Shown: positions 10,252-18,978 of the stretch, piece after piece | Layout: each line of letters begins with the position of its first letter | Position numbering within the stretch: position 1 is the first letter of the stretch | IMG/VR virus record: IMGVR_UViG_3300031705_000002 | Span: 30,958 to 94,957 of that record | From: a virus | Direction: 5' to 3' (one strand) | DNA: 64,000 bases | Notes under the pieces: model-generated | What the model was told of the DNA's origin: nothing | What the model saw: only the letters and a program-made list of their open reading frames with translations | Databases searched by the model: none | Translations under genes and position numbers: made by a program

Positions 10252-13116
10252 TTATACTGCTGCTATTGTCATTATTCCTCCGTTAACTTGATCTCCAGAC
10301 GCTTGAGCTAATTCTATCAGTATATAGTTGGTGGCATCTGCAGTCACGTCCGTTATATTTATACTGGCCCCTACGTTACCTGTACCTTTACTTGTTACAG
10401 CTCTAGCATCTACGTTAGCCTCATATACGGTTATTGCTGGAGATCCAGTACCATATATGTGCACATCAGTTGCTTTAAACCCTGCGGGAATCTCTGCAGA
10501 AGCAAACATAGTATTAGCACCGTGACTTTCTACCCACCTATCACTAGTTGTATCATCTATTGCTAGAGGTCTACCTCCGTCATCCGCTATAAAGTCACTT
10601 GGTAGGATTTTTATATATAACTCTTGAGTTTTTATCCTAGCTCCTTCTATTGTAACCTTACCTGCTGCAGTTCTTGCTATAGTAGTGTCTGAAGCGTCAC
10701 CTAATTCTATTGCTCCTTCTACAGTTAAAGACTTGTCTTGCCCTACAGTAAGAGCAAGAGCAATAGCACTAGTAGTATTAGGTGTAACATAGAACTCAAT
10801 CTTACTTCCACCATTAGCATCATCTGCATGATTTTCAGTTGCTACACCTCTCATTTGCAAGGTTGTACTTGTATCATCGTCATTTTGCCAAGCTATTACA
10901 CCTATATTATCTCCGTCAGCAACTGTAGTACTAGAGTCTTTTAAAATAAGGCCAGGTGTTGTTCCTTCTATAAAACAAGCATCAGCTAAATATATATAAT
11001 CTAAATTTCTTTTTATATACAGTTGTTTTAGATACGAATTGTTTTGTATAGTACCTAAACTAAATGTGTCATCATCTTCATTGTAAGCTATTTTAGCTCC
11101 ATATTGAGGAGTATCTACATCATAACTTCCTGTTTCAAAAAATGATATACCACCACCTGTAGTATCACTACCATTTCGACAATCTATAGAAATCCAATTG
11201 TTACTAGTACTAGTGTCTCCACCAATTCGCATGTTAGCAGTGTAAGTCTTTAAAGAGGTTACAGTTTGTGCAACGTTTAAGTGCATTGTATCTGCATCTA
11301 AGTTTGCGTTTGGTAACACTCCTGTAACTTCTGCAGTCAAATCTACACCACCGTCTTTTATTGTTACAGCACCTGAAGAAACTGCAAAGTTGTCAGAACT
11401 AAAACTAGCTTTACCTTTTGCAGATGTAGAAGCGTCTGTAACTATAGCTGTAGCATTACCTGTGTCAAGAGTACCTACAGTAGTTATAGCAAGTCCGTGT
11501 ATATCAGCCTGTGTTTGGTCAGCAGTAGCTCCATCTTCTACATTAATAATTGTACGAAGATTAGTTGCAGATATTTCTTCTACTACTCCTGCACCTGCAG
11601 AGTCTCTACCTAATACTACGTTAGTAGCTGATACGTTTTGCATCTTAGCATATGTAACTGCGTCTGCAGCTATTGTTGTAGCCCTATTACTAGAGGTTAC
11701 ATCTCCTGTTAAATTACCTATAGAAGCTACACCTGCCGCTAATGTAGCAGCGTCTGCAGTAGATGCATTACCTGTTGTATCTTCATTCTGTAAAGCTAAT
11801 GTTCCTGTAGACGCAGGTAAAGTTACTGTTATATCAGAGCCTGGATTACCTCCCGACAATGTTGCTTCGTGTACATCATCTGAAGTACCTTCAAATATAA
11901 TATCATTACCAAATACAGTTGCATCTCCTGTAGTAAAAATAGTACCAAGTATATTTAAGTTTCCACTTATAGTAGTGTCTCCGTCTGCGTCTACTTTAAG
12001 TCTAGGTAAAACCCCAAACCCATTAAGACTACTTCCTGAAGTTCCGTCAGCGGCTGTCCAAAATTCTATATCTCCACCATCTCCAGTTCCTGTACCTTGA
12101 CCTCCGTAGAACTTTAAAGATCCTCCTTGCTGGTCTGTACCTGTTCCATTAGCCCCCTCTAACTTAAGAGTTCCTCCTACACCTGCACCGTCTTGCCGCT
12201 TTATGCCTATGACTGTTGTGTTTGTTGGTCCTATTGTCAGCCTGTTTGACGCAAAGGATAACTGTGTCTCCGCTTGAATAGCAGATGCCCCATTACCTGT
12301 AAGAAGAGAGTTGGAAGTTAAACTAGTTGCCCCAGTACCTCCTTTACTAACTGGAACCGTGTCTGATAAAGTTGACCCTGCAGCCGTAACAGTTATGTCT
12401 GCGCTACCATCAAAATCTTCCCCGTTAATCGCCCTAGCTGTAGTGAGTATTGTAGCTGATGCGGAAGTGGTGGCGGTTATTGAGGCACTCCCAAGAGCTG
12501 CTAAGTTATTAGAGCTTGATGTCCACTTAAGGGCACTAGAAGAAGTGTCCCCAAATATATACATATCACTACCATTTCCATTAATACCGAAACTTAACGT
12601 ATTTGAGGAATGGGAGAGTATTGCGTCTCCATCTCCCCAACCTATAGAAGCTCCAGTGGCTAGATATAAATTAGCCCAACTTTTTGTGGGTGACCCTAAA
12701 CCTATTCCATCATTACTCGTAGGGGAAAGGTAGTTGGCATTTAAGCTTATCTCAGTAACATTGTTTATTTTAAAATCAATCTCATCGGCAGTACCAAAAT
12801 CTATACAAGTCTCAGCATCCTCACCAATGATTAAGTCAGTGACTAATATAGACGATGGATTTAAGGGCATAGCGGCTATATCAGAAATAACTTCTGCACC
12901 TGTTCTGTATTTTACTACATTACTAGCATCGATTGTAAGGAATTTATCAGGGTCAGTGGTATCGTTTTGTAAACCCTCTATCTTAATAGGGTCTAATTTA
13001 TCCTTCACATGAAATTTATGTGTAGGAACTTTAACTCCGATACCCACTCTAAACAGAGTAAACATATCGGAGGACTTTTCCTTAACCTGTTTCCAAAAAG
13101 ATACTAATTTTTTCAT
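10252..13116 (-). CDS. Tail fibre-like protein
   Basis: 954 aa, G/T/A/S-rich; fibre motifs TARAINGEDFDGSADITV, VPVSKGGTGATS, AVTYAKMQNV, NVEDGATADQT, ASTSAKGKASF. Confidence 0.8.
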   Translation of the reverse strand: MKKLVSFWKQVKEKSSDMFTLFRVGIGVKVPTHKFHVKDKLDPIKIEGLQNDTTDPDKFLTIDASNVVKYRTGAEVISDIAAMPLNPSSILVTDLIIGEDAETCIDFGTADEIDFKINNVTEISLNANYLSPTSNDGIGLGSPTKSWANLYLATGASIGWGDGDAILSHSSNTLSFGINGNGSDMYIFGDTSSSALKWTSSSNNLAALGSASITATTSASATILTTARAINGEDFDGSADITVTAAGSTLSDTVPVSKGGTGATSLTSNSLLTGNGASAIQAETQLSFASNRLTIGPTNTTVIGIKRQDGAGVGGTLKLEGANGTGTDQQGGSLKFYGGQGTGTGDGGDIEFWTAADGTSGSSLNGFGVLPRLKVDADGDTTISGNLNILGTIFTTGDATVFGNDIIFEGTSDDVHEATLSGGNPGSDITVTLPASTGTLALQNEDTTGNASTADAATLAAGVASIGNLTGDVTSSNRATTIAADAVTYAKMQNVSATNVVLGRDSAGAGVVEEISATNLRTIINVEDGATADQTQADIHGLAITTVGTLDTGNATAIVTDASTSAKGKASFSSDNFAVSSGAVTIKDGGVDLTAEVTGVLPNANLDADTMHLNVAQTVTSLKTYTANMRIGGDTSTSNNWISIDCRNGSDTTGGGISFFETGSYDVDTPQYGAKIAYNEDDDTFSLGTIQNNSYLKQLYIKRNLDYIYLADACFIEGTTPGLILKDSSTTVADGDNIGVIAWQNDDDTSTTLQMRGVATENHADDANGGSKIEFYVTPNTTSAIALALTVGQDKSLTVEGAIELGDASDTTIARTAAGKVTIEGARIKTQELYIKILPSDFIADDGGRPLAIDDTTSDRWVESHGANTMFASAEIPAGFKATDVHIYGTGSPAITVYEANVDARAVTSKGTGNVGASINITDVTADATNYILIELAQASGDQVNGGIMTIAAV

Positions 13117-13580
13117 TACATAAAATAATCTAGTTCTCTATCTTCATCTTTTAATATACCCGCCAACCTTCTAGCGTTAGTTCTGGTTGGTATGAAAGCG
13201 TATGCAGTTATATTCTTAACTGCCCCCTTCTTCCAATAGAACCTGTATTTATATCCTCCTGTATGAGCGTTCATATGATAGATACGCTTCTTCAGTTCTT
13301 TAGATTTTTGCCAATCTATCCTGAGGGTATTCTTGTCTGCAAAATTCATCTTAGTCTTTTTGACTCTCATGAACCCTAGCCTAACAAGAAGTTTAATCTC
13401 AGCACTGCCGTCTAACATCTTGTCTACCAGTGCTTTATTATATTCATCACAAACCTTTCTGAATACTTTGTACTCTGCTTGCAATTCTTTTATTGTATTC
13501 TTCTTGTAGAACTTGTAAATATCTCTACATCCATTATCTATTTTGTAAACTCCGTCTCCTCGTTTGCTGTTTTCGTACAC
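13116..13580 (-). CDS. crAss IHF/HU-like tail-module protein, copy 2
   Basis: GTG start overlapping the upstream TAG; IDWQKS, YHMN and RFYWKK motifs. Confidence 0.7.
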   Translation of the reverse strand: MYENSKRGDGVYKIDNGCRDIYKFYKKNTIKELQAEYKVFRKVCDEYNKALVDKMLDGSAEIKLLVRLGFMRVKKTKMNFADKNTLRIDWQKSKELKKRIYHMNAHTGGYKYRFYWKKGAVKNITAYAFIPTRTNARRLAGILKDEDRELDYFM

Positions 13581-14275
13581 TATTTCTGAGCGTTAGGTTG
13601 TAGGTCTGAGTTAGCATTATTTGATCTATCTGTCTGCATCTGAATCATAGGCTGCATATTCTGAGCCATCATAGCTTGCTTAATTAGATCTAGCATTGAA
13701 GTAGATAAAGGGTATTCATCAGTTTCTACATCGTAGCAAAGGCTATCATCTGATTTTGTGTACTCTCCTATCCTAGTAGGATCCTGCCAAACACCCTCTA
13801 CTTTAATCTCTTCTAATAACTCTGCTTCTGGGCCTAAGATATATACGAATCCGTCTAGCAAGAATGCAAATGTCATCCTCTGAGTATATCTATTATTTCC
13901 TGCCCAGGGAGCTCTGTTGTAAGGGATCATGTGGAAGTTGGCTGAGAGAATTCCTGTAGGCCCAATAGCTGTTACCAAATTTTGGTGAGCAGTTTCTACT
14001 GAACTAGGTATCTTCTTCTTAGATCTAACGATCATAACTTCATCTGAAAGACCACAAGTAGTCCCACTTACAGGCTCTACCTCTAGACAGTATATTAATT
14101 GTTTAATATTATCAGATATACTCCTACGCTTATTAATATCCTGACGGATATACTGCGCTCTTAGGGTGTGTATCTGAAACTCGATCTGACGATCTGATAT
14201 AATATCATCATCAGATTGAACCCCACCACGAATGATGTTCTTAATGTCGTAAACAATTTCTTTTAATAGTGCCAT
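13580..14275 (-). CDS. Tail ring protein (R2-like), copy 2
   Basis: LLKEIVYDIKNIIRGG...ISDRQIEFQIHTLRAQYIR and GVWQDP...DEYPL motifs. Confidence 0.7.
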   Translation of the reverse strand: MALLKEIVYDIKNIIRGGVQSDDDIISDRQIEFQIHTLRAQYIRQDINKRRSISDNIKQLIYCLEVEPVSGTTCGLSDEVMIVRSKKKIPSSVETAHQNLVTAIGPTGILSANFHMIPYNRAPWAGNNRYTQRMTFAFLLDGFVYILGPEAELLEEIKVEGVWQDPTRIGEYTKSDDSLCYDVETDEYPLSTSMLDLIKQAMMAQNMQPMIQMQTDRSNNANSDLQPNAQK

Positions 14276-15454
14276 CTAGTCTAAATTTACTTGTAAGTGC
14301 CCTTCACACCCTTTACTTTTATTCCATATATACGCCTGAGCTTCTCTCATGGCCCCGTAACCCATCACCTTATGCCAAGTATCGTTAGGGCAAATACTAG
14401 GCAGGAACCTTACTTTAATCCCTCCTGTGTACGTGTTAACAATCTCTCTATGTTGATGTCCACAGTGTATCTCTCTATATTTACATTTAGCAAATTTTAC
14501 AGGTTGCTCTGTAGCCATTATTATAGGCATGACTGCAGGTTTTTCTTTGTCTCCGTGGGTAAACATTATAAGGTTTGTTCCGTACACATAGTACTTCCTA
14601 GACTCATAACTATTATCCACTTCTACTACTGTAGAATCTCTATACCAAGATTCAATAACTTCACCTATGTAGAACATACGTTCGAAGTCATGATTACCTT
14701 GTATTACTATAACGTCTACTGGTGCGAATGCTGCTAAATAATCTATAGCTAACACTAACAACTTCCAATATCCTCTAAAGGTCTCCTGCCATTCCTCAGA
14801 ATCATGCTGAGGAGTTCCCTTAGTTGTTGCTCGGCTGTACCCTTCAGAGTTTAAACCATCATTACCAATAGGAAGGATAAACCTTTCTATGTTAAGTCCA
14901 GTTGCTTTTCGATGTAACTCCTTAATAGTATTAAGGTATATTCGATTAGCTTTCTCTTGGGATACTCCCGTTATCTTACCATAATGAAAATCAGGTAAAG
15001 ATATTTCGTATGCTACTGGATCCCCTATCTTAAAATCATAGGCTGGATCTGGATGCTCGGGTACGTATTCCTGCATCTCTTTAAAGAACTCTTCTTTAAA
15101 CTCAATTAAGTTTGCTGCCTGCGGTTTAGTTACCACAGAGAACCTAGAGTCTCCCTTAACTGTTTGCCAGTGTTTAACCGACGTTACCTCTTTTTGATTT
15201 ATACCTTTTTCCTTCAGGTGTATATCTAGTTCGGGAAGGTACGCATTCTCAGCTGAACTGTAGTCTTTCGTGTCATTTTCATTAGAGTTTTTATCTGACT
15301 CCTGCCCTGACCACTTAAATCCTCCTGCGGAATTCCTAGCTCCTAATAATACTTTTCTTATACTACTGTCGTTTACTCCCGACTCTCGCATAGCTTCCAT
15401 GATTGTTGCGTACTCCCCTACAATATTGCCTTGGCTATCAATTTGTAAAATCAT
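14276..15454 (-). CDS. Metallophosphoesterase, copy 2, with N-terminal NUMOD1-type HTH
   Basis: PDFHYG, GND, GNHD, HGD, GHQH; the N-terminus ILQID..GNIVGEY.TI.EA....SI..VL.G.RNSAGGFKW is NUMOD1-like. Confidence 0.88.
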   Translation of the reverse strand: MILQIDSQGNIVGEYATIMEAMRESGVNDSSIRKVLLGARNSAGGFKWSGQESDKNSNENDTKDYSSAENAYLPELDIHLKEKGINQKEVTSVKHWQTVKGDSRFSVVTKPQAANLIEFKEEFFKEMQEYVPEHPDPAYDFKIGDPVAYEISLPDFHYGKITGVSQEKANRIYLNTIKELHRKATGLNIERFILPIGNDGLNSEGYSRATTKGTPQHDSEEWQETFRGYWKLLVLAIDYLAAFAPVDVIVIQGNHDFERMFYIGEVIESWYRDSTVVEVDNSYESRKYYVYGTNLIMFTHGDKEKPAVMPIIMATEQPVKFAKCKYREIHCGHQHREIVNTYTGGIKVRFLPSICPNDTWHKVMGYGAMREAQAYIWNKSKGCEGHLQVNLD

Positions 15455-15837
15455 TTCTTTTTTATTTTTTCAATACTCCTCCCTGCAAAATAAGCTCCGT
15501 ACACGGTGATTAGTAAAGTTTGGTAGATTGGTTTATAAGCTGCGTCCATTACGAATCCTCCTAGATTACCATCTAAGAAAGACAGTACGACTAGGATTAA
15601 AGTTAAAAAAGCGAGAGCCAAAGGTCTTATGTTCTTGGATAACCAGTTGTCAGACTTCATGTCTGCCTCCCATCTCCTAGAAACTTGTTCCTGGGCATTC
15701 GCTTCAGCTTGCATTAGCACTTCCTCTATCTTTTGACGGGCAGCTAACTTCTCTTCTTTAGAGGTGGTTAGATTATCAAGTACATCTCCTACTTGCTTAA
15801 TCACTCCACCTCCTAATAGGTCTAGTAGTTTACTCAT
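15451..15837 (-). CDS. Holin (GTA 3TM-holin-like), copy 2
   Basis: 128 aa; 107/128 identical to 9206-9592 by hand count; coupled to the endolysin by an ATGA overlap. Confidence 0.78.
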   Translation of the reverse strand: MSKLLDLLGGGVIKQVGDVLDNLTTSKEEKLAARQKIEEVLMQAEANAQEQVSRRWEADMKSDNWLSKNIRPLALAFLTLILVVLSFLDGNLGGFVMDAAYKPIYQTLLITVYGAYFAGRSIEKIKKK

Positions 15838-16292
15838 GATAAGTCTGCATATTTATATTTAGTGTCATTGTCTTCATCCTTGTAGGCTTCCAACACTTGC
15901 TTTCTATTACCTTCCTTAATCAACGATATGTGTATCCAAGCGAAGTCGAATTCGTTAATCATTTGGTCGAACTCAATACCACTTTCTAATACCCAGTCGT
16001 AGATTTCTTTGTTCGATATTTTACCATCGTTCCAAAATTGCAAATCCAAAGCCTCACCTTTACAATGCTGGCTTTTGTTACTTCCACCGATAGCCCTGTT
16101 GAGGGCTGGGTTGCGATAACCACTACTGATCCTGATAGGACCAAGAGCTTCTCGCATAGGTTGAACAAGGTTAGTAATAATCCTTTGAATACTTCGTAGG
16201 TGTTCTTTGTTGGGGCCATTATCTATCCCCAACCGTTTAGCTGCATTGCTTCGAGTAATCTCAGACAATACAAAATTATCGCTTAATCTCAT
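15834..16292 (-). CDS. Endolysin, peptidase M15A (LAS-type Zn peptidase)
   Basis: SSGYR, SQHxxGEALD and WIHIS motifs; adjacent to the holin. Confidence 0.9.
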   Translation of the reverse strand: MRLSDNFVLSEITRSNAAKRLGIDNGPNKEHLRSIQRIITNLVQPMREALGPIRISSGYRNPALNRAIGGSNKSQHCKGEALDLQFWNDGKISNKEIYDWVLESGIEFDQMINEFDFAWIHISLIKEGNRKQVLEAYKDEDNDTKYKYADLS

Positions 16293-16785
16293 CTATGTAC
16301 ACCTTTCTAGTTAATATTCCGTTACTTGCTATATAGAAACCTCTTACAGGTTTTACTTCTCTGCCTAAAATATCGTAATAGTGAGTTGGGATGAAGGGTG
16401 TATTATCAACCTCTTCTATTCCTATAGTCAAGCATCCTACATCTACTAGTTGCTCTTTGAATTCTTGCGGCCAAGTACCAAGCGAATCGATCCAATCTAC
16501 ATCAGATAAGAAGTCATACTCTGTTTGACCTACATATAAGTATGCACCATTCCATCCGTCTCCGTAAGAGTCCATCATGTTTATCTGGTAATACTCTGGT
16601 AATACAACTGCACCTAAATAAGGAGCTATACCTTCTAATAATATACCACCATTACAGGTTAGAATCTGCCAAGTTATCTCATCAGGGTATTCTCCTGTTG
16701 TACACTCTACAAATACTTGTTGCTGCTGTGCTGAAGATGTTAACGACATCAATGTCACGAACACTAAAAATAATAGTTTTTTCAT
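16276..16785 (-). CDS. Secreted protein with DSYGDGW domain and T9SS-CTD-like C-terminus
   Basis: Signal peptide ...SSA|Q; YPDEITW...MMDSYGDGWNGA; C-terminus GIEE...YYDILGREV...GFYI...RKVYI. Confidence 0.7.
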   Translation of the reverse strand: MKKLLFLVFVTLMSLTSSAQQQQVFVECTTGEYPDEITWQILTCNGGILLEGIAPYLGAVVLPEYYQINMMDSYGDGWNGAYLYVGQTEYDFLSDVDWIDSLGTWPQEFKEQLVDVGCLTIGIEEVDNTPFIPTHYYDILGREVKPVRGFYIASNGILTRKVYIDEIKR

Positions 16786-17153
16786 TATTGGAATTTGTTA
16801 AATGTTATTTCGTCTATAACAGACTGTACTTCTTTTTTGGTAGCATTCAACTCCATCATAATGTTGGGGTTAAATCTGTTCTGCTCCACACCATTATCGA
16901 AGACAATAATGGTGGGAACTGAGGTTACTTTGTATTTACTCTGAAGGTCGGAGCTCTTGATAATACACACTCTATACGAGGAACAATCTTTTAGAGCCTC
17001 TAGGAATTCAACTTCGTTTCCTTGATTCCATTCTACCCAGAATTCTACGACTACTATACCTTTAGCTGTCTTGGGTCCAAATGAGCTAGAAGTGACAAAC
17101 TCTTGAGCTACAATATTTGTAGTAAGGAGTAGTAATAATAATAAGTATTTCAT
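16785..17153 (-). CDS. Secreted thioredoxin-fold protein lacking CxxC
   Basis: Signal peptide ...VA|Q; VVVEFWVEWNQGN in place of FWAxWCxxC; YKVTSVPTIIVFDNGVE cis-Pro motif. Confidence 0.75.
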   Translation of the reverse strand: MKYLLLLLLLTTNIVAQEFVTSSSFGPKTAKGIVVVEFWVEWNQGNEVEFLEALKDCSSYRVCIIKSSDLQSKYKVTSVPTIIVFDNGVEQNRFNPNIMMELNATKKEVQSVIDEITFNKFQ

Positions 17154-17452
17154 ATTGCTATTCGTATTGTAACAACTCCTAGCACCGATCCCACTGCGTC
17201 TGCAGCTAAATCACTCCACTCAGGTTGTCCGTGTTTAATGTCATAAATTTCTTTAATACTTCCAGCTAAGACGGCTGCGCATAATCCTATCAGTATCGCT
17301 TTCTTCTTGTCGTTGGTTTTATTGTAAACTACAGCACTAATAGTAGAACTAATTACATAACTCCCACCAAGATGTAGAAGCTTGTCCTGTGGTACTAGTT
17401 GTGCACACACATTACTTGTAATCAATAACGCTATCAAAAGTAGTTTACTCAT
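17150..17452 (-). CDS. YfiM/DUF2279-like membrane protein
   Basis: DKxxH, KExxD and WxDLxADxxG motifs; signal peptide ...CA|Q. Confidence 0.7.
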   Translation of the reverse strand: MSKLLLIALLITSNVCAQLVPQDKLLHLGGSYVISSTISAVVYNKTNDKKKAILIGLCAAVLAGSIKEIYDIKHGQPEWSDLAADAVGSVLGVVTIRIAI

Positions 17453-17723
17453 AAAGCTTTTGTTTAATAAGCTTCATGTCTTCTTTCATCTCAGAAACAT
17501 CTTCCTGAGTATTCATGATAGTCTGACGTATCAGCTTATCTTTCATATCGAACTCCATTCGAGTAATAACAGGGTCTATCGGTTCAGGTAACTCCCTAGC
17601 TTCTGCTATATCGTTCTGTAGTGTAAACCACATCCCCACCAATGTTGCTATTAAGAATGCTATACCTCCTAAAGTCTTGAGACTTATCTGTACTGCACTG
17701 TCTTCACTTAATTCTTTAGCCAT
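17445..17723 (-). CDS. Single-TM protein with C-terminal coiled coil
   Basis: TM segment LGGIAFLIATLVGMWF, then a heptad-rich tail. Confidence 0.65.
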   Translation of the reverse strand: MAKELSEDSAVQISLKTLGGIAFLIATLVGMWFTLQNDIAEARELPEPIDPVITRMEFDMKDKLIRQTIMNTQEDVSEMKEDMKLIKQKLYE

Positions 17724-17726
17724 CTA

Positions 17727-18755
17727 TTAAAATATTAAATAATTTATTCCCGTTTGCATATTATAAGATCTTATATCCCAGTACTTAAGGTGTCTTCCTT
17801 CTACGAAGATACTAAAATGTTTGTTAAATTTAACACCAAACACCACACCAATATCCCATTCCGTCGTTACCCCAGGGTATGAGTAGGAATATTCACTCAA
17901 ACCTTTATGTGCAGGATACACAGAACCCCATGCATGCATCCAAGACTTGCTTGAATAATGATAATAATCGGCTCCTACAACCATAGAAACTTCTTGTTGA
18001 AGACCCAAATCATTAAGTTGCTGATTGTTGTATTCGTTTACAGCATCCCCAAAATGATACGAGTAAAACTCAGGGTCTGACTCAGCGATAACTTCCCCTT
18101 CATGAGACCACACATGATTGTCATCATCAGTGTATCCAAACTCATTAGCTAGCTGCCACCAGTGTTTGTTCTCAGGCTTAGAGAACCATTCCTCTATTGG
18201 AGAGTATCCGTACACAGGGTGAGAACGATGGGCTACGCCTAAAGTAAGGTCGATATTACCAAAACTTTTACGTAGCCTAACCTCGCCCAGAGTATATTTA
18301 AGATTAATTAATCCGTCATCCACATACGAAGCTTTCGATGTTAGGTGATCAGATATGTATCTAACCTTATATTCTTGCTGTTTAAATTTCATCCCTCTAT
18401 TACGAATGGATGAGTACTTAAACAAGTACTCTAAACCAGGTGCGTTAGATATTGTAGCGTAATCGCTACTCTCGTCTTCTGAACCCGTGTAAAAATTACC
18501 CTGTTTTACCTGGTAATCAAAACGTGCTATCTTTCTAAGCCCTATTGTTATGTTATAATTAGGAGCGCTGACCTCAGTCATCTCAACAAGCTGTCCAGAG
18601 CCTGCAATCCCATCAACTATAAAAGCTTGATTCTCTGAGAAGGGTGCTGCCGTAGACATACTTGCATAGAATGTAGCAAACCTAAATAGGGAGAACCCCA
18701 TCTGAGCATTAGCAACCGTGCTAACAAACAGTAATATGTATAATAACTTCTTCAT
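17727..18755 (-). CDS. Putative outer-membrane beta-barrel protein
   Basis: Signal peptide ...ANA|Q; amphipathic aromatic strands; terminal TGINYLIF resembling a beta-signal. Confidence 0.6.
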   Translation of the reverse strand: MKKLLYILLFVSTVANAQMGFSLFRFATFYASMSTAAPFSENQAFIVDGIAGSGQLVEMTEVSAPNYNITIGLRKIARFDYQVKQGNFYTGSEDESSDYATISNAPGLEYLFKYSSIRNRGMKFKQQEYKVRYISDHLTSKASYVDDGLINLKYTLGEVRLRKSFGNIDLTLGVAHRSHPVYGYSPIEEWFSKPENKHWWQLANEFGYTDDDNHVWSHEGEVIAESDPEFYSYHFGDAVNEYNNQQLNDLGLQQEVSMVVGADYYHYSSKSWMHAWGSVYPAHKGLSEYSYSYPGVTTEWDIGVVFGVKFNKHFSIFVEGRHLKYWDIRSYNMQTGINYLIF

Positions 18756-18964
18756 TTCTTAGCAAATTTCTCTACCCCTGAAATACCAAAGCATCCTAAG
18801 ACAACCCAAACAAAGGCTTCGTAAACAAATTCGTTTACTACTAGTTCAGCTCCAAGCCACCCCGTAACAAGATCAGCTACCATGATAAGACACATTATAG
18901 CAAATGCTATAAAACCTACAATAGCTTTCTCGTTCCAATTATTATCGTTCTTAAATATTTCCAT
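18752..18964 (-). CDS. Small two-TM membrane protein (holin-like)
   Basis: 70 aa; two hydrophobic helices and a basic C-terminus (EKFAKK). Confidence 0.6.
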   Translation of the reverse strand: MEIFKNDNNWNEKAIVGFIAFAIMCLIMVADLVTGWLGAELVVNEFVYEAFVWVVLGCFGISGVEKFAKK

Positions 18965-18978
18965 TTTAGTCTTTTTTA

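Noticed and set aside
15300-15454. Homing endonuclease or intron suggested by the NUMOD1 domain
   Set aside because: No HNH, GIY-YIG or LAGLIDADG motif; the domain is fused in frame to an intact phosphoesterase.
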